NCBI RefSeq assembly: GCF_018350175.1
Contig: NC_058373.1
Span: 101,248,001 to 101,312,000 of the forward strand
Length of the DNA stretch: 64,000 nt
Direction of reading: 5' to 3'
Source: Felis catus
Lineage: Eukaryota
This document shows, in pieces, positions 13,650 through 26,821 of the stretch (positions are counted from its first letter, which is position 1; every line of letters begins with the position of its first letter). The translations under genes were made by a program, and so were the position numbers. Under the pieces are notes generated by a model, which was given only the letters and a program-made list of their open reading frames with translations, was not told the DNA's origin and did no database searches.

Positions 13650-14751
13650 ATTCCATCTAAGATTTGTCCGCATCCCCACAGTACTCGGCATACTGCTCTT
13701 ATACAGCAAAAAAAACATCTGAATTCAGAAGCTTGGTAGTGTTCATCTTCTGCAAAATAGAGGGTTTCCTCAAAACACATATACTTCAGATCAACTTGGT
13801 TCAATTACTTTCATGTATTTCAAAGACTAAATGTGGCCTTATTACGTGCCGGACACTCTGCTCATCAATGAGGACACACGGAAGATGTGGTCCCTTGTCA
13901 CACGTTTATAAATGGGCTTGTGCCCAACGAGGCTATACAGGTGCAGAGGAATGGGAAGACAGGGGACTGATTCCTCAAGGGTCTGCACCGTAGAGCCTAA
14001 GTTGAGGGTCATTTGATTTTACAGCAAGTACCCAAATCATATGTAACTGTACAGTATGACCAAGTACAAGGTAACTGCACAGACTATATTTTTGTGCTGC
14101 CTAAACTCTCCTATAAGAAAGTCTAGGGGAAATCTGGACCTCCACCTCTCCTAAGTTCTGCAGACAGGGTAAGACACTTAAAATGAGGAAGCTACCTCAG
14201 GGAACCCCAGCTCACAGCTCTCAGAGCATTAGTGAGTTGTGCAGTCTGCAATGACAGTAGAACTATCTCTTACCACTTTAAAGAGCTAGTTAAAATACTT
14301 CTTCTGAGTTGAAGAAGCAGCTGTCCTCTCCCTTCCTTGGGAAGCCTATAGGGGTAAGGGCCAGCACTCCCTGAGAAGTTTTGAAACCAGGTAATTGGGC
14401 TACTCTAGGGACCTAATGGTGTCTCTAGGAATCAGTCCCCTGTCTCCCCATTCCTCTGCACCTGTATAGCCTCGCTGGGCACAAGCCCATTTATAAATGT
14501 GTGACAAGGGACCACGTCTTCTGTGTGTCCTCAGTGATGAGCAGAGTGTCCGGCATGTAATAAGGCCACATTTAATCTTTGAAATAAATGAAAGTAGTTG
14601 AACCAAGGTGATCTGAAGCATACGTGTTCTTAAGGAAACCCTCTAGTTTGCAGAAGATGAACACTACCAAGCTTCTGAATTCAGATGGTTTTCACTATGT
14701 GTGAGCAGTATGCTGAGTACTATGGGGATGCGGACAAGTCTTAGATGGAAT
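13650..14751. repeat. Long inverted repeat: arms 13650-13975 and 14427-14751, spacer 451 bp
   Basis: Manual alignment of the left arm to the reverse complement of the right arm gives ~25 mismatches plus 3 gap bases over ~326 nt; ORF-track peptides 13664+ and 14400- are near-identical. Confidence 0.95.
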
Positions 14752-14947
14752 AGTTCACAGACATCTGGAGAGAGGAAGAGTTAGCTCCTCTCCCCCAAAG
14801 AGGGGACATACAGCATCTGATTGGAGTCACCTGGCCACTAGGGCCATTGGAAGACACACACTGGAAGACAAAAATGATTAAGGTCATTGGCACCTTACCT
14901 GTTCCTGAGAATATATTCGTATTTCTCCACCAAATCAGTCCCCATTT

Positions 14948-15146
14948 TTAAAAAATATTTTATTTATTTTTGGGGGGAGAGTGCAAGCAGGGGAGGGGCA
15001 GAGAGAGGGGGACAGAGGATCTGAAGCAGGCTCTGGGCTGACAGGCTGACAGCAGTGAGCCCAATGTGGGGCTCAAACTCACGAACCACAAGATTATGAC
15101 CTGAGCGGAAGTTGATGTTCAACTGACTGAGCCACCCAGGTGCCCC
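14948..15146 (-). mobile_element. CanSINE
   Basis: Ends gagccacccaggtgcccc. Confidence 0.9.
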
Positions 15147-15896
15147 TCAGCCCCCCATTCTTAAAGGCCTCATAATGCCACTAAAAGATGCCGGCCAAAA
15201 CCCAGTATCAAAGTGAGCACAGAGTTTTCAAGCAGTGCTATAATAAATGATTTATGATTGGCAACTTCTCTAAGAGAGTAAAAAAAAGTAAAATCACAGA
15301 CTATCCATGAATAAAATTGGAGCATTGGAGGGACAACTTTCATTCACTCTTGCATCCATTCACTACTTTTCCAGAAAGAAAACACAAAGGTACAAGGGAC
15401 TTAGGAAGTTTGATGGTAAAGAGAAATTGAATGGAAAATGTTGTGGTCATCCCTCTGGGGAATTCACTACTTCAGGGCACAGTTTGATTTCAGAGACACT
15501 GGAAGTTAAGACCCTTGCTTTATAAATGAGATCCAGGCAAATCTAAGTGCTTACTTTAAAAACATCCTTTTTTAGTTGTTCAAAAGAGTACAAACTTGGG
15601 CTGTCATAAAACGTGCCTGGAAACTATTAATGTATCAATGGTCTTAAATGGAAACATTTCCTGTAAATACACAAGATCCAACATATGTTAACTAAAAGTA
15701 GCTTTTTTTCCAGAGGATTTCATACTTTGTAACCATTAAGCAGCTACCATACCTTTGGTAAACTCAAACCCTTCATTTACAAATATCCCTTTACATTAAG
15801 AAAAGAACTTAAAAACTCTATCTAAAATCTTTAGATAACGCTAAATAAAAACCACTATTTGGACTTAATTTGTCACAAGTTTTAAAAGCCCCAGCA

Positions 15897-16103
15897 GGGG
15901 CGCCTGGGTGGCTCAGTCGGTTAAGCGTCTGACTTCAGCACAGGTCATGATCTCATGGTTTGTGAGTTTGAGCCCCGCATCAGCTCAGAGCCTGATGTCT
16001 GCTTCGGATTCCTTGTCTCCCTCTCGCTCTGTCCCTACCATGCTCACGCTCTCTCTCTCTCTCTCAAAAAAAAAAACAAAAAAAAACTGAATAAACGGTA
16101 AAC
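15897..16103 (+). mobile_element. CanSINE
   Basis: TSD aaaagccccagc. Confidence 0.9.
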
Positions 16104-16665
16104 AAAAGCCCCAGCGATTTAGAATATTTTAAGTGAAATGGTTTACCTTCCTCCCATTTTTTAAATTCTCTGTATTGTAAGGTTTTCCTTTCCCAATGAA
16201 AATTCTATGAAAACCATATACACAAAAACAATAAATGGGATAAAACAGTAGGTTCTTCAATTTTACAAGGTATAGCCTTGATTAAAATCATATTTCTGTT
16301 CCATATACTTTTATCTAATTGAAATCACAGAACTCCACACCTATGTATATAGATTTCTTTGCCAAATCCAACCTTACCTATGGCTGGTATAATTTCATTT
16401 CTTTGGTGTTATATTTATGTTTATTCGTTAGATAATTTTTTTCAGGTGTAAGATTTTGAAGTTGGTGTTTACTTTTTGTTTGTCTGCTTGTTTACTAATT
16501 TGGGTAGTTTAAATAAAATTTATTTAAGATCATTCATTTCAAATATGTTTTAGTGTCTTAGAAATATTACAAAACAAAAATAAGGCTTTCAATAAGGATT
16601 ACAGATGAGGTAGGTTTACTTGTTGCATTAGTTTTCTAGGTCTGCAGTTAAAAAGGGCCACCACA

Positions 16666-16849
16666 GGGATGCCTGGGTGCCTCAGTGGGTTAAGCTCTGA
16701 CTTCAGCTCAGGTCATGATCTCGTGGTTCATGAGTTCAAGCCCTGTGTCGGGCTCTGTGCTGACAGCTCAAAGCCTGGAGCCTGCTTTGGATTCCATGTC
16801 TCCATCTCTCTCTATCCCTCCCCAGCTTGTGTTCTCTCTCTTTCTCTCC

Positions 16850-16891
<42 letters not shown>

Positions 16892-16926
16892 AATAAACAG
16901 AAAAAAAATTTTTTAAGTAAAACATT
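16666..16926 (+). mobile_element. CanSINE
   Basis: TSD ttaaaaagggccacca; long (CT)n. Confidence 0.92.
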
Positions 16927-17193
16927 AAAAAAGGGCCACCATAGACTGAATGGTTTAAACACAGAAATTTATTTTCTCAGGAATCTGGAGGCTAGAATTT
17001 GGAGATTAAGGCTTCGGCAGAACTGTTTACTTCCGAGGCCTCTTTCATGGGTTGTACGTGGCATTCTCTCTGGGTCTCCACATGACCTCTCCTCTATACA
17101 TAACTCTGCCCAGATTTCCTGTTCTTATAAGGACATCTGTCATATTGGGTTGGCCCATCCTAATGACTTTATTTTAATTTAATTATGTCTTTA

Positions 17194-17408
17194 AAATTTT
17201 CTTGTTTTTGAACGTTTATTTTTGGGACAGAGAGAGACAGAGCATGAACGGGGGAGGGGCAGAGAGAGAGGGAGACACAGAATTGGAAACAGGCTCCAGG
17301 CTCTGAGCCATCAGCCCAGAGCCTGACGCGGGGCTCGAACTCACGGACCGCGAGATCATGACCTGGCTGAAGTCGGACGCTTAACTGACTGCGCCACCCA
17401 GGCGCCCC
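17194..17408 (-). mobile_element. Young SINEC_Fc-type CanSINE
   Basis: TSD ttaattatgtcttt; CpG-rich head. Confidence 0.93.
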
Positions 17409-17729
17409 TTAATTATGTCTTTAAAGATCCTATCTCCAAATACAGTCTTCTACTTCAACACATACATTTGGAGAGACACAATTCAGCCCATAACACTGGT
17501 CTTCAGTGAACATGTACATATCCCTAATTTATTTGGCCACTGTTGGAATAACTCATATTTATTAAAAGGGAAGTTCAAGGTATACTGCAATAATATTCTG
17601 CATGCAAGAATTATGCCTATAAATAAAAGGAAGATATTTGAGCAAGCCAACAGTTTACCGAGTCAGATATTGAAATCGAACTGTTTGGTAAATATCTTGG
17701 CCCTAAGAAGTATATTTTTGTACAAATAT

Positions 17730-18460
17730 TTTATTTACTTTTTTCTAATTATAAAGATAATACAAAGAAAATGTTTAGTCTTTATGAAAGAGCCAAGATA
17801 ATAAAAGTCCCCTAAATCAGTAAAAACCACCCAAATTTCATTTCCCAGAGGTTGTCCTTATAACTATATTGCTGAACCCCTGCCATCTCTCCATGCACAC
17901 ACTCACAAAAAGATACATATACTTAAGTTAATATTGGTGGAATTGTCCTACATAGTTGTTTTCAAGATTGTTTTTCTTTTTTATTAAATAATATGCTATT
18001 GAAATATCTGTCTATGCCAGTGAATTATAGCTATGACTCATTCTTTTTAATGGCAACATAGAGTTCCACATAGAGTTCCATTATATGAATGGACAACAAT
18101 GATTCTGACCCATCCTTTATTAATGGATTCTCATGTCTCTAGTTATTTTTTTACCAATTATTTCCAATGTTGTGATAATTTGTGTGCTTGTGTGTGTGTT
18201 TATATTTGGTGCACTTGAGATAAATTCCTAGAAGTGGAATTTTATATTTTGATATCTAGTATCAAGCTGCTTTCCAGAGACTGTACAAGTTTATACCCCA
18301 TGAATAATGTAGAAGTGCTCATCTTCACACATTCTTGCAAATATAGGGCATCATCAATATTTAAATCTTTGCCAAACTGAGAAGTTCAAATGTTATAATT
18401 CATATTTGCATCATTTGCATTTCTTTGATGACTACTGAAACTCTCCACCTTTTTTACATT
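17730..18460 (-). mobile_element. Old L1ME-like fragment
   Basis: tcattctttttaatggc, ttcctagaagtggaat, ttgcatttctttgatg. Confidence 0.6.
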
Positions 18461-18880
18461 TTACATAAAATATTTTAATTTTTATCATATTGCTTTTTTT
18501 AATGTTATTTCTAAACCAGCACAGAAAAATAGGCAATACCAAGATCATACAGTACTTTTGGCATCCGGATATATCCTGCCCACTTATCTATCCTCCCTTT
18601 ATAGTGAAACTCAACAATTTCATCCACATTATAAATGGTGGTAACCTACCACCTGATACAAGGAAATGAATCAACCCACTGGATTCTCTCTCCTTGCTCT
18701 TTTAACCAGGATACCCCCCCCCCCCCGAAATTGCCAGTTGGCAGTGGAGCTGAATGTTAAAGGATCATTTGAGTTGGGTCCTAGTTATCATCAGCGACGA
18801 CCACATGTAATTTTAAATTAGAAGAGAATGGAGAAGATTCAGTTTTGTAGTACCAACGGAAAGTCTTTAAGAAATTAACA

Positions 18881-19093
18881 GGAGGACGCCTGGGTGGCTT
18901 AGTCGGTTGAGCGGCTGACTCTTGATTTCAGCTCAGATTATGATCTGAAGGTTGTGAGATCGATCCCCGTGTTGGACTCCTGTGCTAAGCATGGAGCCTG
19001 TTTGGGATTCTTTCCCTCTGCCCCTCTCCCCCACTTTCACATGCACTCTCTCTCTTTTTCAAAAATTAAAAAAAAATAAGAAATAAAAAATAA
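18881..19093 (+). mobile_element. CanSINE
   Basis: TSD aagaaattaaca. Confidence 0.9.
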
Positions 19094-19644
19094 AAAGAAA
19101 TTAACAGCAAATTAAGTAGTAGTTTCAATTTTTTTTTAAATCTTCAAGTAACCAAAAAAGCAGTTGTGAAGAGGTATGTGACTCAATAAAGAGTCCATCT
19201 CTGAGTCTTGGTTGGATGGGGGAAGACTAAATAAAAATGGGTAGAGAGAGGAACGGATAAAGTAAATTAACAGCAGGTGTATAATAATGTAGTTTACTTG
19301 ATGTGGACTAGAGGGCCTTGCAAATTATGGGGTGGGTACAAAAATGTTTCTCTTCTTCCTTATCAATGTAACCAAGGATTGAAAACTTGAATACCTCTAA
19401 GGGCTAAATAAACATTGTAAATGTGGGGAAGAGGCAAGTGTCTGTCCCACCTTAAAGACATTGAGATTTAGAATATTCTATACATGATGCTAGTCAAATG
19501 ATCATGACCATAAACCTAATTCCACCTGTGAATTACTACAGTGACACCTGCTCAAGGCTCTAGTAATACTGAGAGTTAATGTCATCCTGGTCCCAAGATA
19601 CCATCTGAGCTCACATAAAACTTTCCATATCTTTTGATACTTAT

Positions 19645-20072
19645 CTCACTATTGTGTTCACCCAAAATTCATTTTTACAACCCTAACCCCCAGTATCTCG
19701 GAATATGACTGTATTTGGAAATAAGACCTTTAAAGAAGTGGTTGAATGAAAATGAGGACTTTAGGGTAAAGCCTTAACCCAATCTGACTGGCATCCTCAT
19801 AAGAAGATGATATCTGGACATACAAAGAGACACCAAGGATGTGTGAACACAAAAGAGAGACCATGTGTGGACACGGGAAAAAAGTGGTTATCTACAAACC
19901 AAGAAGAGAGGTCCCAGGAGAAACTAAGCCTGCTGATACCTTGATCTTGGACTTCCTGCCTCCAGAACTGAGAGAAAATATGTTACTTTTGTTTAATCCC
20001 AAAGAAAATGTGGTATTTGAATCCCAAAGAAAATGTGGTATTTTCTTACGGCAGCCCTCGTAAACTAATACA
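19645..20072 (+). mobile_element. MaLR solo LTR (MLT1B-like) with an internal 25-bp tandem duplication (19995-20043)
   Basis: ccctaacccccag, gactgtatttgga, ttgatcttggacttc, cagccctcgtaaactaataca. Confidence 0.8.
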
Positions 20073-20313
20073 GGCATTATGTATACACATGTCAGTGCCA
20101 TCAAATAGATGGAACGTCCTCCAAAGCAAAAGCTCAATCTTATTCAGTATGCCTCCTGCTAAAGACAATGGTGACACATGATAGTTGTTATTCAACAATT
20201 ATATATTTGAGTGAATGAAGGAGTGAATTTTCTACAAATTGTATCAACTTTCCAACTTGGAAGCTATGTAAGTTTTTTAGTGCATTCCCTATTACAACTA
20301 AGAGAGGGATTGT

Positions 20314-20464
20314 GGAGGTGCCTGGGTGGCTCAGTTGGTTAAGCCTCCAACTTCAGCTCAGGTCATGATCTCACAGTTCATGGGTTCCAGCCCCATGTCA
20401 GTCTCTGTGCTGAGAGCTCAGAGCCTGGAGCCTGCTTTGGATTCTGTGTCTCCCTCTCTCTCTG
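20314..20464 (+). mobile_element. 3'-truncated CanSINE lacking an A tail
   Basis: Head through the CT tract only. Confidence 0.85.
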
Positions 20465-20984
20465 CAGAGACAAAAAGCCCAGGCCACTTCAGGAAGATTT
20501 CAACTCAAGTTGATAGCAACCAGCAGCCAAATGGTGCAAGGAGGCAAGTTGGGTTCCTCTTCCCATTCGGAGAGACCAGCTGCTAGGGAAAATGTAACAA
20601 TAACATTCAGGCCTCCTCTTGTCAGTCCTGACCCCCGACACACCTGGAACAGTGTTTCCTCCCTAATGGGGCAGGAGGCCATGTCCCTTCCCTCCCACTA
20701 TTGTAGGCAACAAAAGGTCAGCATCCTCCTGGGGCCCATGGGAGGGAATGGTCTGGAGTTTAAGCGCCCCACCATTCCCTACAGATGATGAAGCTGTTTG
20801 CATACATCAAGCATGCGGCAGGCCTTGGCCATTGATCTGCACTTGTGCAATTACCTAGACTCTAGGCCATATTTTCCCAATTTGTTGAGAACTATATCAT
20901 GTGGGAAAGAATTAAAAGGTTTACTAAGGTCAATACAAACATAATTTATTGCTTCCCCTCAGTCAACCAAGCTCATCTACTTAG

Positions 20985-21225
20985 GTCTGTGACTAGTTAG
21001 CTAAGTTGGTTATAGCATTGTCTGCTCAGGGGCAAGGTCAAGGTATCAGTTTACAAAATCGGTTACTTTTCCTCTGTGGCACAGTCACAGAAGACTGCCA
21101 TAATAATTCAGCATGATTTCGTCCCATGAGGAACCTAGAGACAAAAATCTATGTGGAAAAGCAGTGCAAGTCAAGGACACTGGTGGAAAACTGCCTCAAA
21201 GTCCATGAGGGATACAGCAGGTCAG
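20985..21225 (+). mobile_element. Ancient tRNA-Ile-headed SINE (MamSINE1-like) within a probable CR1/L3 relic
   Basis: gttagctaagttggttatagc...caaggtc resembles the tRNA-Ile(AAT) 5' half; cagtgcaa...ggaaaactgcctcaaag body. Confidence 0.55.
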
Positions 21226-21389
21226 GAACTTCTGAAGGGAACCATTCTCAAGCTTTACGGTCTAGTTCAAATTTCACTTGCTCTATGAAAGCTTATAGTT
21301 AAGAAAATTTGTGATAAACTTGAGGAATTCCACATATTGAAGTTATAGTGGTGAGTTGATTAGTCTTCTTTTTAAAAATACAAGTATTA

Positions 21390-21613
21390 GGGGCGCCTGG
21401 GTGGCGCAGTCGGTTAAGCGTCCGACTTCAGCCAGGTCATGATCTCGCGGTCCGTGAGTTCGAGCCCCGCGTCAGGCTCTGGGCTGATGGCTCGGAGCCT
21501 GGAGCCTGTTTCCGATTCTGTGTCTCCCTCTCTCTCTGCCCCTCCCCCGTTCATGCTCTGTCTCTCTCTGTCCCAAAAATAAATAAACGTTGAAAAAAAA
21601 AATTAAAAAAAAA
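21390..21613 (+). mobile_element. Young SINEC_Fc-type CanSINE
   Basis: Near-consensus, CpGs largely intact; perfect TSD aaaaatacaagtatta. Confidence 0.95.
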
Positions 21614-24118
21614 AATACAAGTATTATTTTATTTAGGCATTCTGTCAGTTAGCTCTGAAGTCTTCAGAATGTTAACTTCACACTTTGTGGTGACTTCACC
21701 CAACTCTCCTTTGACCCTAGGGTGTCAGTCGTCAATGCCTGTGGATCTGAATACTGCCAGATCAATGACCTAAGCTTTCACGTGTTGGCCATGCCAGTTT
21801 GTTTTTCTGCCCTCAAATACATTCTCTTCTGGTTGCCAGCTCACACTCGACCGATTGTAAAATTCTAAGGTTAAAAACAACTTGTTTTCTACCACAAATT
21901 GACTTTCTTCGTCAAATCAAATCCCATCACAGTCTTTTCCTTCCTTGGGCTGATTTCACCCCTAACGCATCCTACCCCATCTTCACAGGCTTCCTAGGTG
22001 ACCTGGCCTAATTCCCGTTTTGAGACATTCCAGTCATAACGCTCCAAAGCATCCTTTCACTTTGAAAATGATAAATATTAGAGATTAATGCTTCACTCAA
22101 TATGAAATTGTGCCGCAAGAGGAGTTTCTAGATTCGTGACTTTATAATTGGATGACACAAGACTCTCTGTAACATCTTCATATTTCCCTGGGTTAATGAA
22201 CAACAACAGTTTTCTATTGAAAATGCAATTTAAAGAAGGGAATAATTTGTACACCTGAGAAAAGTATGAAGAGTTATCAAGTAATTCAAACCACATGTAA
22301 GCAGAATTCAAAGTCAGCACAAAATGTTTAATATCTGTGGTCTCCAGCACCTGAGTAACTTTCCTTATTTTGTAGCTTTGCTACTAAATGCGTTTAGCCT
22401 AATGAAACACTTCAGAATGAATAAACTGGTACTGCTGAGTTAAGCATCTGTTGCAGGAAAATTACAGTGTAATATTAAGGATATTCTAAGCATCTCCTTT
22501 AATTATAAAGAAGGATCATTCTAAAATATTAAAAAAACAATTATTCTAAATTAAATACGATGAATGCACCTTGTCTGCCGAATCATTTTCATTAGAGCAC
22601 CAGACATGCTGCTCAACAGCCAAGAATTATGCAAAATTTATGTTCCATATACACCCAGGACACAGGTTGATAAGCTATGGAGCTACACATCAGTTAGCAA
22701 TTTATTCTCATGTTACGTTGTATTTAAATTTACAGTTAATTGATTAAGTAAAAAGTGTTTCTATATCTTATGCCATGTGGGTGAGCCAGTGACATTATAA
22801 ATATCGTGTGCAATTTATTTTAACTGTGCAACTTTACATTAACCCTGTTTCTTTTCTGCCTCCAGTGTTTAAATACTCTTCATAAAAGAAAGCACAGAAA
22901 CAATTATCTAGCAAACTAGCTACACTGAAATGATAAATTTCAATTGATAGCACTTGAAACATATTTTTTGTATCATCTTTTCATTGTTTGAAGCCAAGAT
23001 GAAAATTATGTGAGCAATTCAAATATACATTGCTAGCCACTGTGTTTCTGTAAACTTTGGTAAAAAATTATTCTTGGATTGTAAAGTGCAGTATTTTGCA
23101 GAGACTACATTTGCTTACTCTGCACACAATAGAGAAGTGGCATAATGACATGTATGAACTGAAAAATTGGTTCTATTTATTCATCGAGAATGATGGTATT
23201 TTACATACAGCAAGCCAGGTCAAATCTCAGTTCTTCAAGTTTGTATGCTGGCAAAATATTCACCGTATTCCAAATAAACCTGACTTGTATGACGAGAAAA
23301 GAATTTGCCCAAAACCTTCAAATGAATTAAAATGAGTGTTTAGAATGACAACATTTCTACCCAATCAGCTCTTTAAAAAACAAAACAAAACAAAAAAAAA
23401 GGCATCATTTTCCCCAACATATTAACACACTGCCTCTTACACAGTGCTTTTCTCCCATGAATCTGGACAAGTCGTCATAAACATTAATTAATTCTCACTA
23501 TCCTAATGATGCCCACTCCCAGTGCAAACTAGGAGGCTCAGCTGGGTGGCGTGTCGGACGCTATGGATGCTATAATTACATAACAGTGCTCTGACCAGTG
23601 CTCATCCACGGAGCTCACGTACACACCGGGGGATCTTTGTGCCTCAGATCAAATAGCCTTGCAAAACACTCCGGTGGGCACGTTGGCATTCATTCCTCAC
23701 TGGACTAGGACCCTGTAAATAGGGAACCAGGCTTTTACCCCTTAGCTAATCCTAGCATAGGAAAGTCTTTGCTTTTGAAAGGTTTAAACACGTGTTTGTT
23801 AACCATTTAAACCAACAGAACAAAGCTCATAAATCCAAGGTGTAGGAACTAGTGTCTTCCATGTAATTTATGCAAAAGTACCCTGTGTAATGCAAATACT
23901 TCATAGTGCACAGTCACCTTCTGCCTCTCAAAGGACTCAGAGCACAGCCAAGTGAGTTCACTGAGAAATGACTTTGGGACCACAGGCTCAGACTTACCTT
24001 ACAAGGCCGAAGGGATAAGTTTGCCACATTTACTTCAGGATTTTGAAGTCTTGTCTCTTTGACCTGAAATAAAGCATGTACAGAACCGGTTTGCTCTCCT
24101 CAGTACAGACAAGCTCCA

Positions 24119-24120
<2 letters not shown>

Positions 24121-24163
<43 letters not shown>
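24121..24163. repeat. (CT)n microsatellite
   Basis: Direct. Confidence 0.95.
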
Positions 24164-24166
<3 letters not shown>

Positions 24167-24495
24167 GACTTTTTAACTTTACAGAGAAGAGACTGTGGCA
24201 AACATGAAATTTACTATGCTTTACTGTAGGTTCCTGTCTGGCTATGTTTACTGGGTGTGTGCACGTTTTACATCAGTGTAATCAGAGGGCGTATATGTTG
24301 CTCCTCTCATTTACTGTTGCTTAATAAACAAGTCCAAGTAGTAACGTAATTTACACTATTGTCATTTTTCACAATCATAGAAAGATCATTTCCAATCTTT
24401 GTAGTGTTGATATCAATTTATGGAAAACAATACCGTTTTCCTCTACAGATTATTTCTATGAAGTGTGTTCCCCAAAGTGTCAAAGAATCAGTATA

Positions 24496-24708
24496 GGGGC
24501 TCCTGGGTGGCTCAGTTGGTTAAGCGTCTGACTTTGGCTCAGGTCATGATCTCAAGGTTTGTGAGTTCAAGTCCTGCATTGGGCTCTGTGCTGACAGCTC
24601 AGAGCCTGGAGCCTGCTTCGGATTCTATGTCTCCCTCTCTCTCTGCCCCTCCACTGCTCACGCTCTGTCTCTCTCTTGTCTCTCAAAAATAAATAAACAT
24701 TTAAAAAG
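24496..24708 (+). mobile_element. CanSINE
   Basis: Head/CT/A-tail. Confidence 0.9.
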
Positions 24709-24768
24709 AAGAATAAATACAAACAATTTTATAGTTCTGATTGCAAGTTCTTTGGATGCCCCAGATAA

Positions 24769-24803
24769 ATACATACATACATACATACATACATACATAC
24801 ATA
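24769..24803. repeat. (ATAC)n tetranucleotide repeat
   Basis: Direct. Confidence 0.9.
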
Positions 24804-24928
24804 AATTCATTTAGAGAAACCTAGGCAATTGATGGGTGTGATTACATAAGCTGTTTAGAATAAATTTGAATTGGAATGTAAACTTTATGTGTATTAATTT
24901 GCAATGTAACTCCTAGTGACATTGTGCA

Positions 24929-25356
24929 TTTTTTTTAAGTTTATTTATTTATTTTGAGAAAGAGAGAGGGAGCACGGGGAAGGGCAGAGAGAGGAAGAGA
25001 GAGAATCTCAAGCAGGCTGCACGCTCAGCGAGGAGCTTGACACAGGGCTCCATCCCACAACCCTGAGATCATGACCTGAGCTGAAATCATGAATCAGTTC
25101 CTGGGGCACATGGGTGGCTCAGTCGGTTGAGCAGCCATCATGGGCTCAGGCCACGATCTCGTGGTTCCTGGGTTCGAGCCCCGCATTGGGCTCTGTGCTG
25201 ACAGCTCAGAGCCTGGATCCTTCTTCAGATTCTGTGTCTCCCTCTCTCTCTGCCCTGCCCCTACTTGCACTCTGTCTCTCTCTAAAAGAAATAAACATTT
25301 TAAAAAATTAAAAAAAAAAATCAGTTGCTTAACTGACCTAGCCACCCAGGCACCCC
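24929..25356 (-). mobile_element. CanSINE (-) with a nested CanSINE (+) at 25103-25320
   Basis: Outer element split at aatcagtt, which is duplicated on both sides of the inner element. Confidence 0.88.
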
Positions 25357-26266
25357 TGACATCGTGTGCTTTTTCAAGCGATAATTTAGCATTTGTATTT
25401 TCTTTTGCACAAAATAGTATATCCAAAAACGTGAAATGTGATTTGTGAAATACTTCCTCTCCCCCTCCTCCCCTCCCCCATCTCTATATTTCTATATCTA
25501 TATCTCAATTTCTCTGGATAAAATTATATTGCAGTATTTAATATGGCAGATGCTTCATCTCAAGACAGGATGATCTAAGGAAGACAAGAGGGGCCAGGTT
25601 CTCAGTCTCGTGGAGATTTCATTGCAGTGAGAAGATGACACATCCACATCCACAGAGAGAGAGAAAATTTCTTATTCAGTGAAGAACACAGCCTGATTCC
25701 TGCAGCTGAGCACACTGGAAGGAGAGAGCCGTTCTAGCGCAGGACATCAGAGACAGCCTCACTGAGGAGACACTCGGGCTGGGAACTGAACAACAAGAAG
25801 CCCAGCCTTGTGAAGATCTTGCAGCAGAAACTCTTCAACACAGGGAACAGCGGATAGAAAAACACCCAAGGCAGGAATGAAGATATTTGGTGGTTAAACA
25901 ACAGAAAGAAAACCTGTGTAGCTGGCATCCTGTTAACAAGAAGAAAAGAGGCCTGAAGTGTCCTCAGAGAGATGGGGAAGGGCCCAATTGTGCAAAAGCC
26001 TTGTAGCGTTAAGATCTGTGAGACAAAAGGGGGCATTATGGTTAAATAATTTGAAGAAGCGTCACTGGGTTGACCAAAGTTAAGCAGGTTTCTCCCTGTG
26101 AGACTTTCAAGGGTTTTACAATGTGAATATTCATTGTAAATTTCAAAGAGGGTAACATAGTTCACAGGGTTTCCCAAATATATTTGGTCACAACATTCTT
26201 TTTTCATAAAAAATCTCTTGAGACTGTTGTTTCAAGGAAAATGCTTTGGGGAACACTGGCCAAAAG

Positions 26267-26821
26267 CAGGAGTTGACTTTCAGGCCAAATCTAGCCTGCT
26301 GCCTTATTGCTCTACAGGCCCTGAACTAAGAATAGTTTTTATATTTTTAGTTTTTGTATTTTTAGACTTTTATATTTTTAGCCTGGGTGGCTCAGTCAGT
26401 TAAGCCTCTCTCTCTCTGACTCTTGGTTTTGGCTCAGTTCATGATCTCATGGTTTGTGAGTTCAAGCCCCACATCAGGCTCCGCGTTGATAGCATGGAGC
26501 CTGCTTGCGATTCTCTCTCTCCCTCTCCCTCTGCTCCTCCCCTGCTCATGCTCTCTCTCAAAATAAACAAACTTAAAAAAAATAATTAAAAATCAAAAGA
26601 CAAATACTATTTTATAACATGTGAAAATAATACGAAATTCAAATTTGTGTGTTCATGAATAAAGTTTTATTGGCACACAGCCTCATGCATTTGTTTACTA
26701 TTCTCTGTGGCTGCTTTTGTGCCACACTTGCAGAGCCGAGGAGCTGTGACAGAAACCTGTGGTCAACAAAGCTGAAACACTTACTATCTGGCCCTTTACA
26801 GAAAAAGCTTGCCAACCTCTG
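26267..26821. mobile_element. hAT-Charlie MITE (MER58B-like) with a CanSINE inserted at ~26380-26583
   Basis: cagg...ttgccaacctctg termini; degenerate 8-bp TSD gccaaaag/gtctaaag; aataaagttttattgg. Confidence 0.75.

Larger units (their letters stand above)
16624..17495 (-). mobile_element. MaLR solo LTR (MLT1A-like) interrupted by two CanSINEs
   Basis: tgcattagttttctagg...acaattcagcccataaca termini; cagaaatttattttctca and ataaggaca motifs. Confidence 0.75.

Noticed and set aside
13664..14621. Two near-identical ORFs on opposite strands (13664+ and 14400-) suggesting paralogous small proteins
   Set aside because: A by-product of the inverted repeat; non-ATG starts, indels shift frames between arms, no recognisable domain
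15908..16090. Recurring ORFs 'MAQSVKRLTSAQVMIS...' across the window
   Set aside because: Translations of CanSINE consensus
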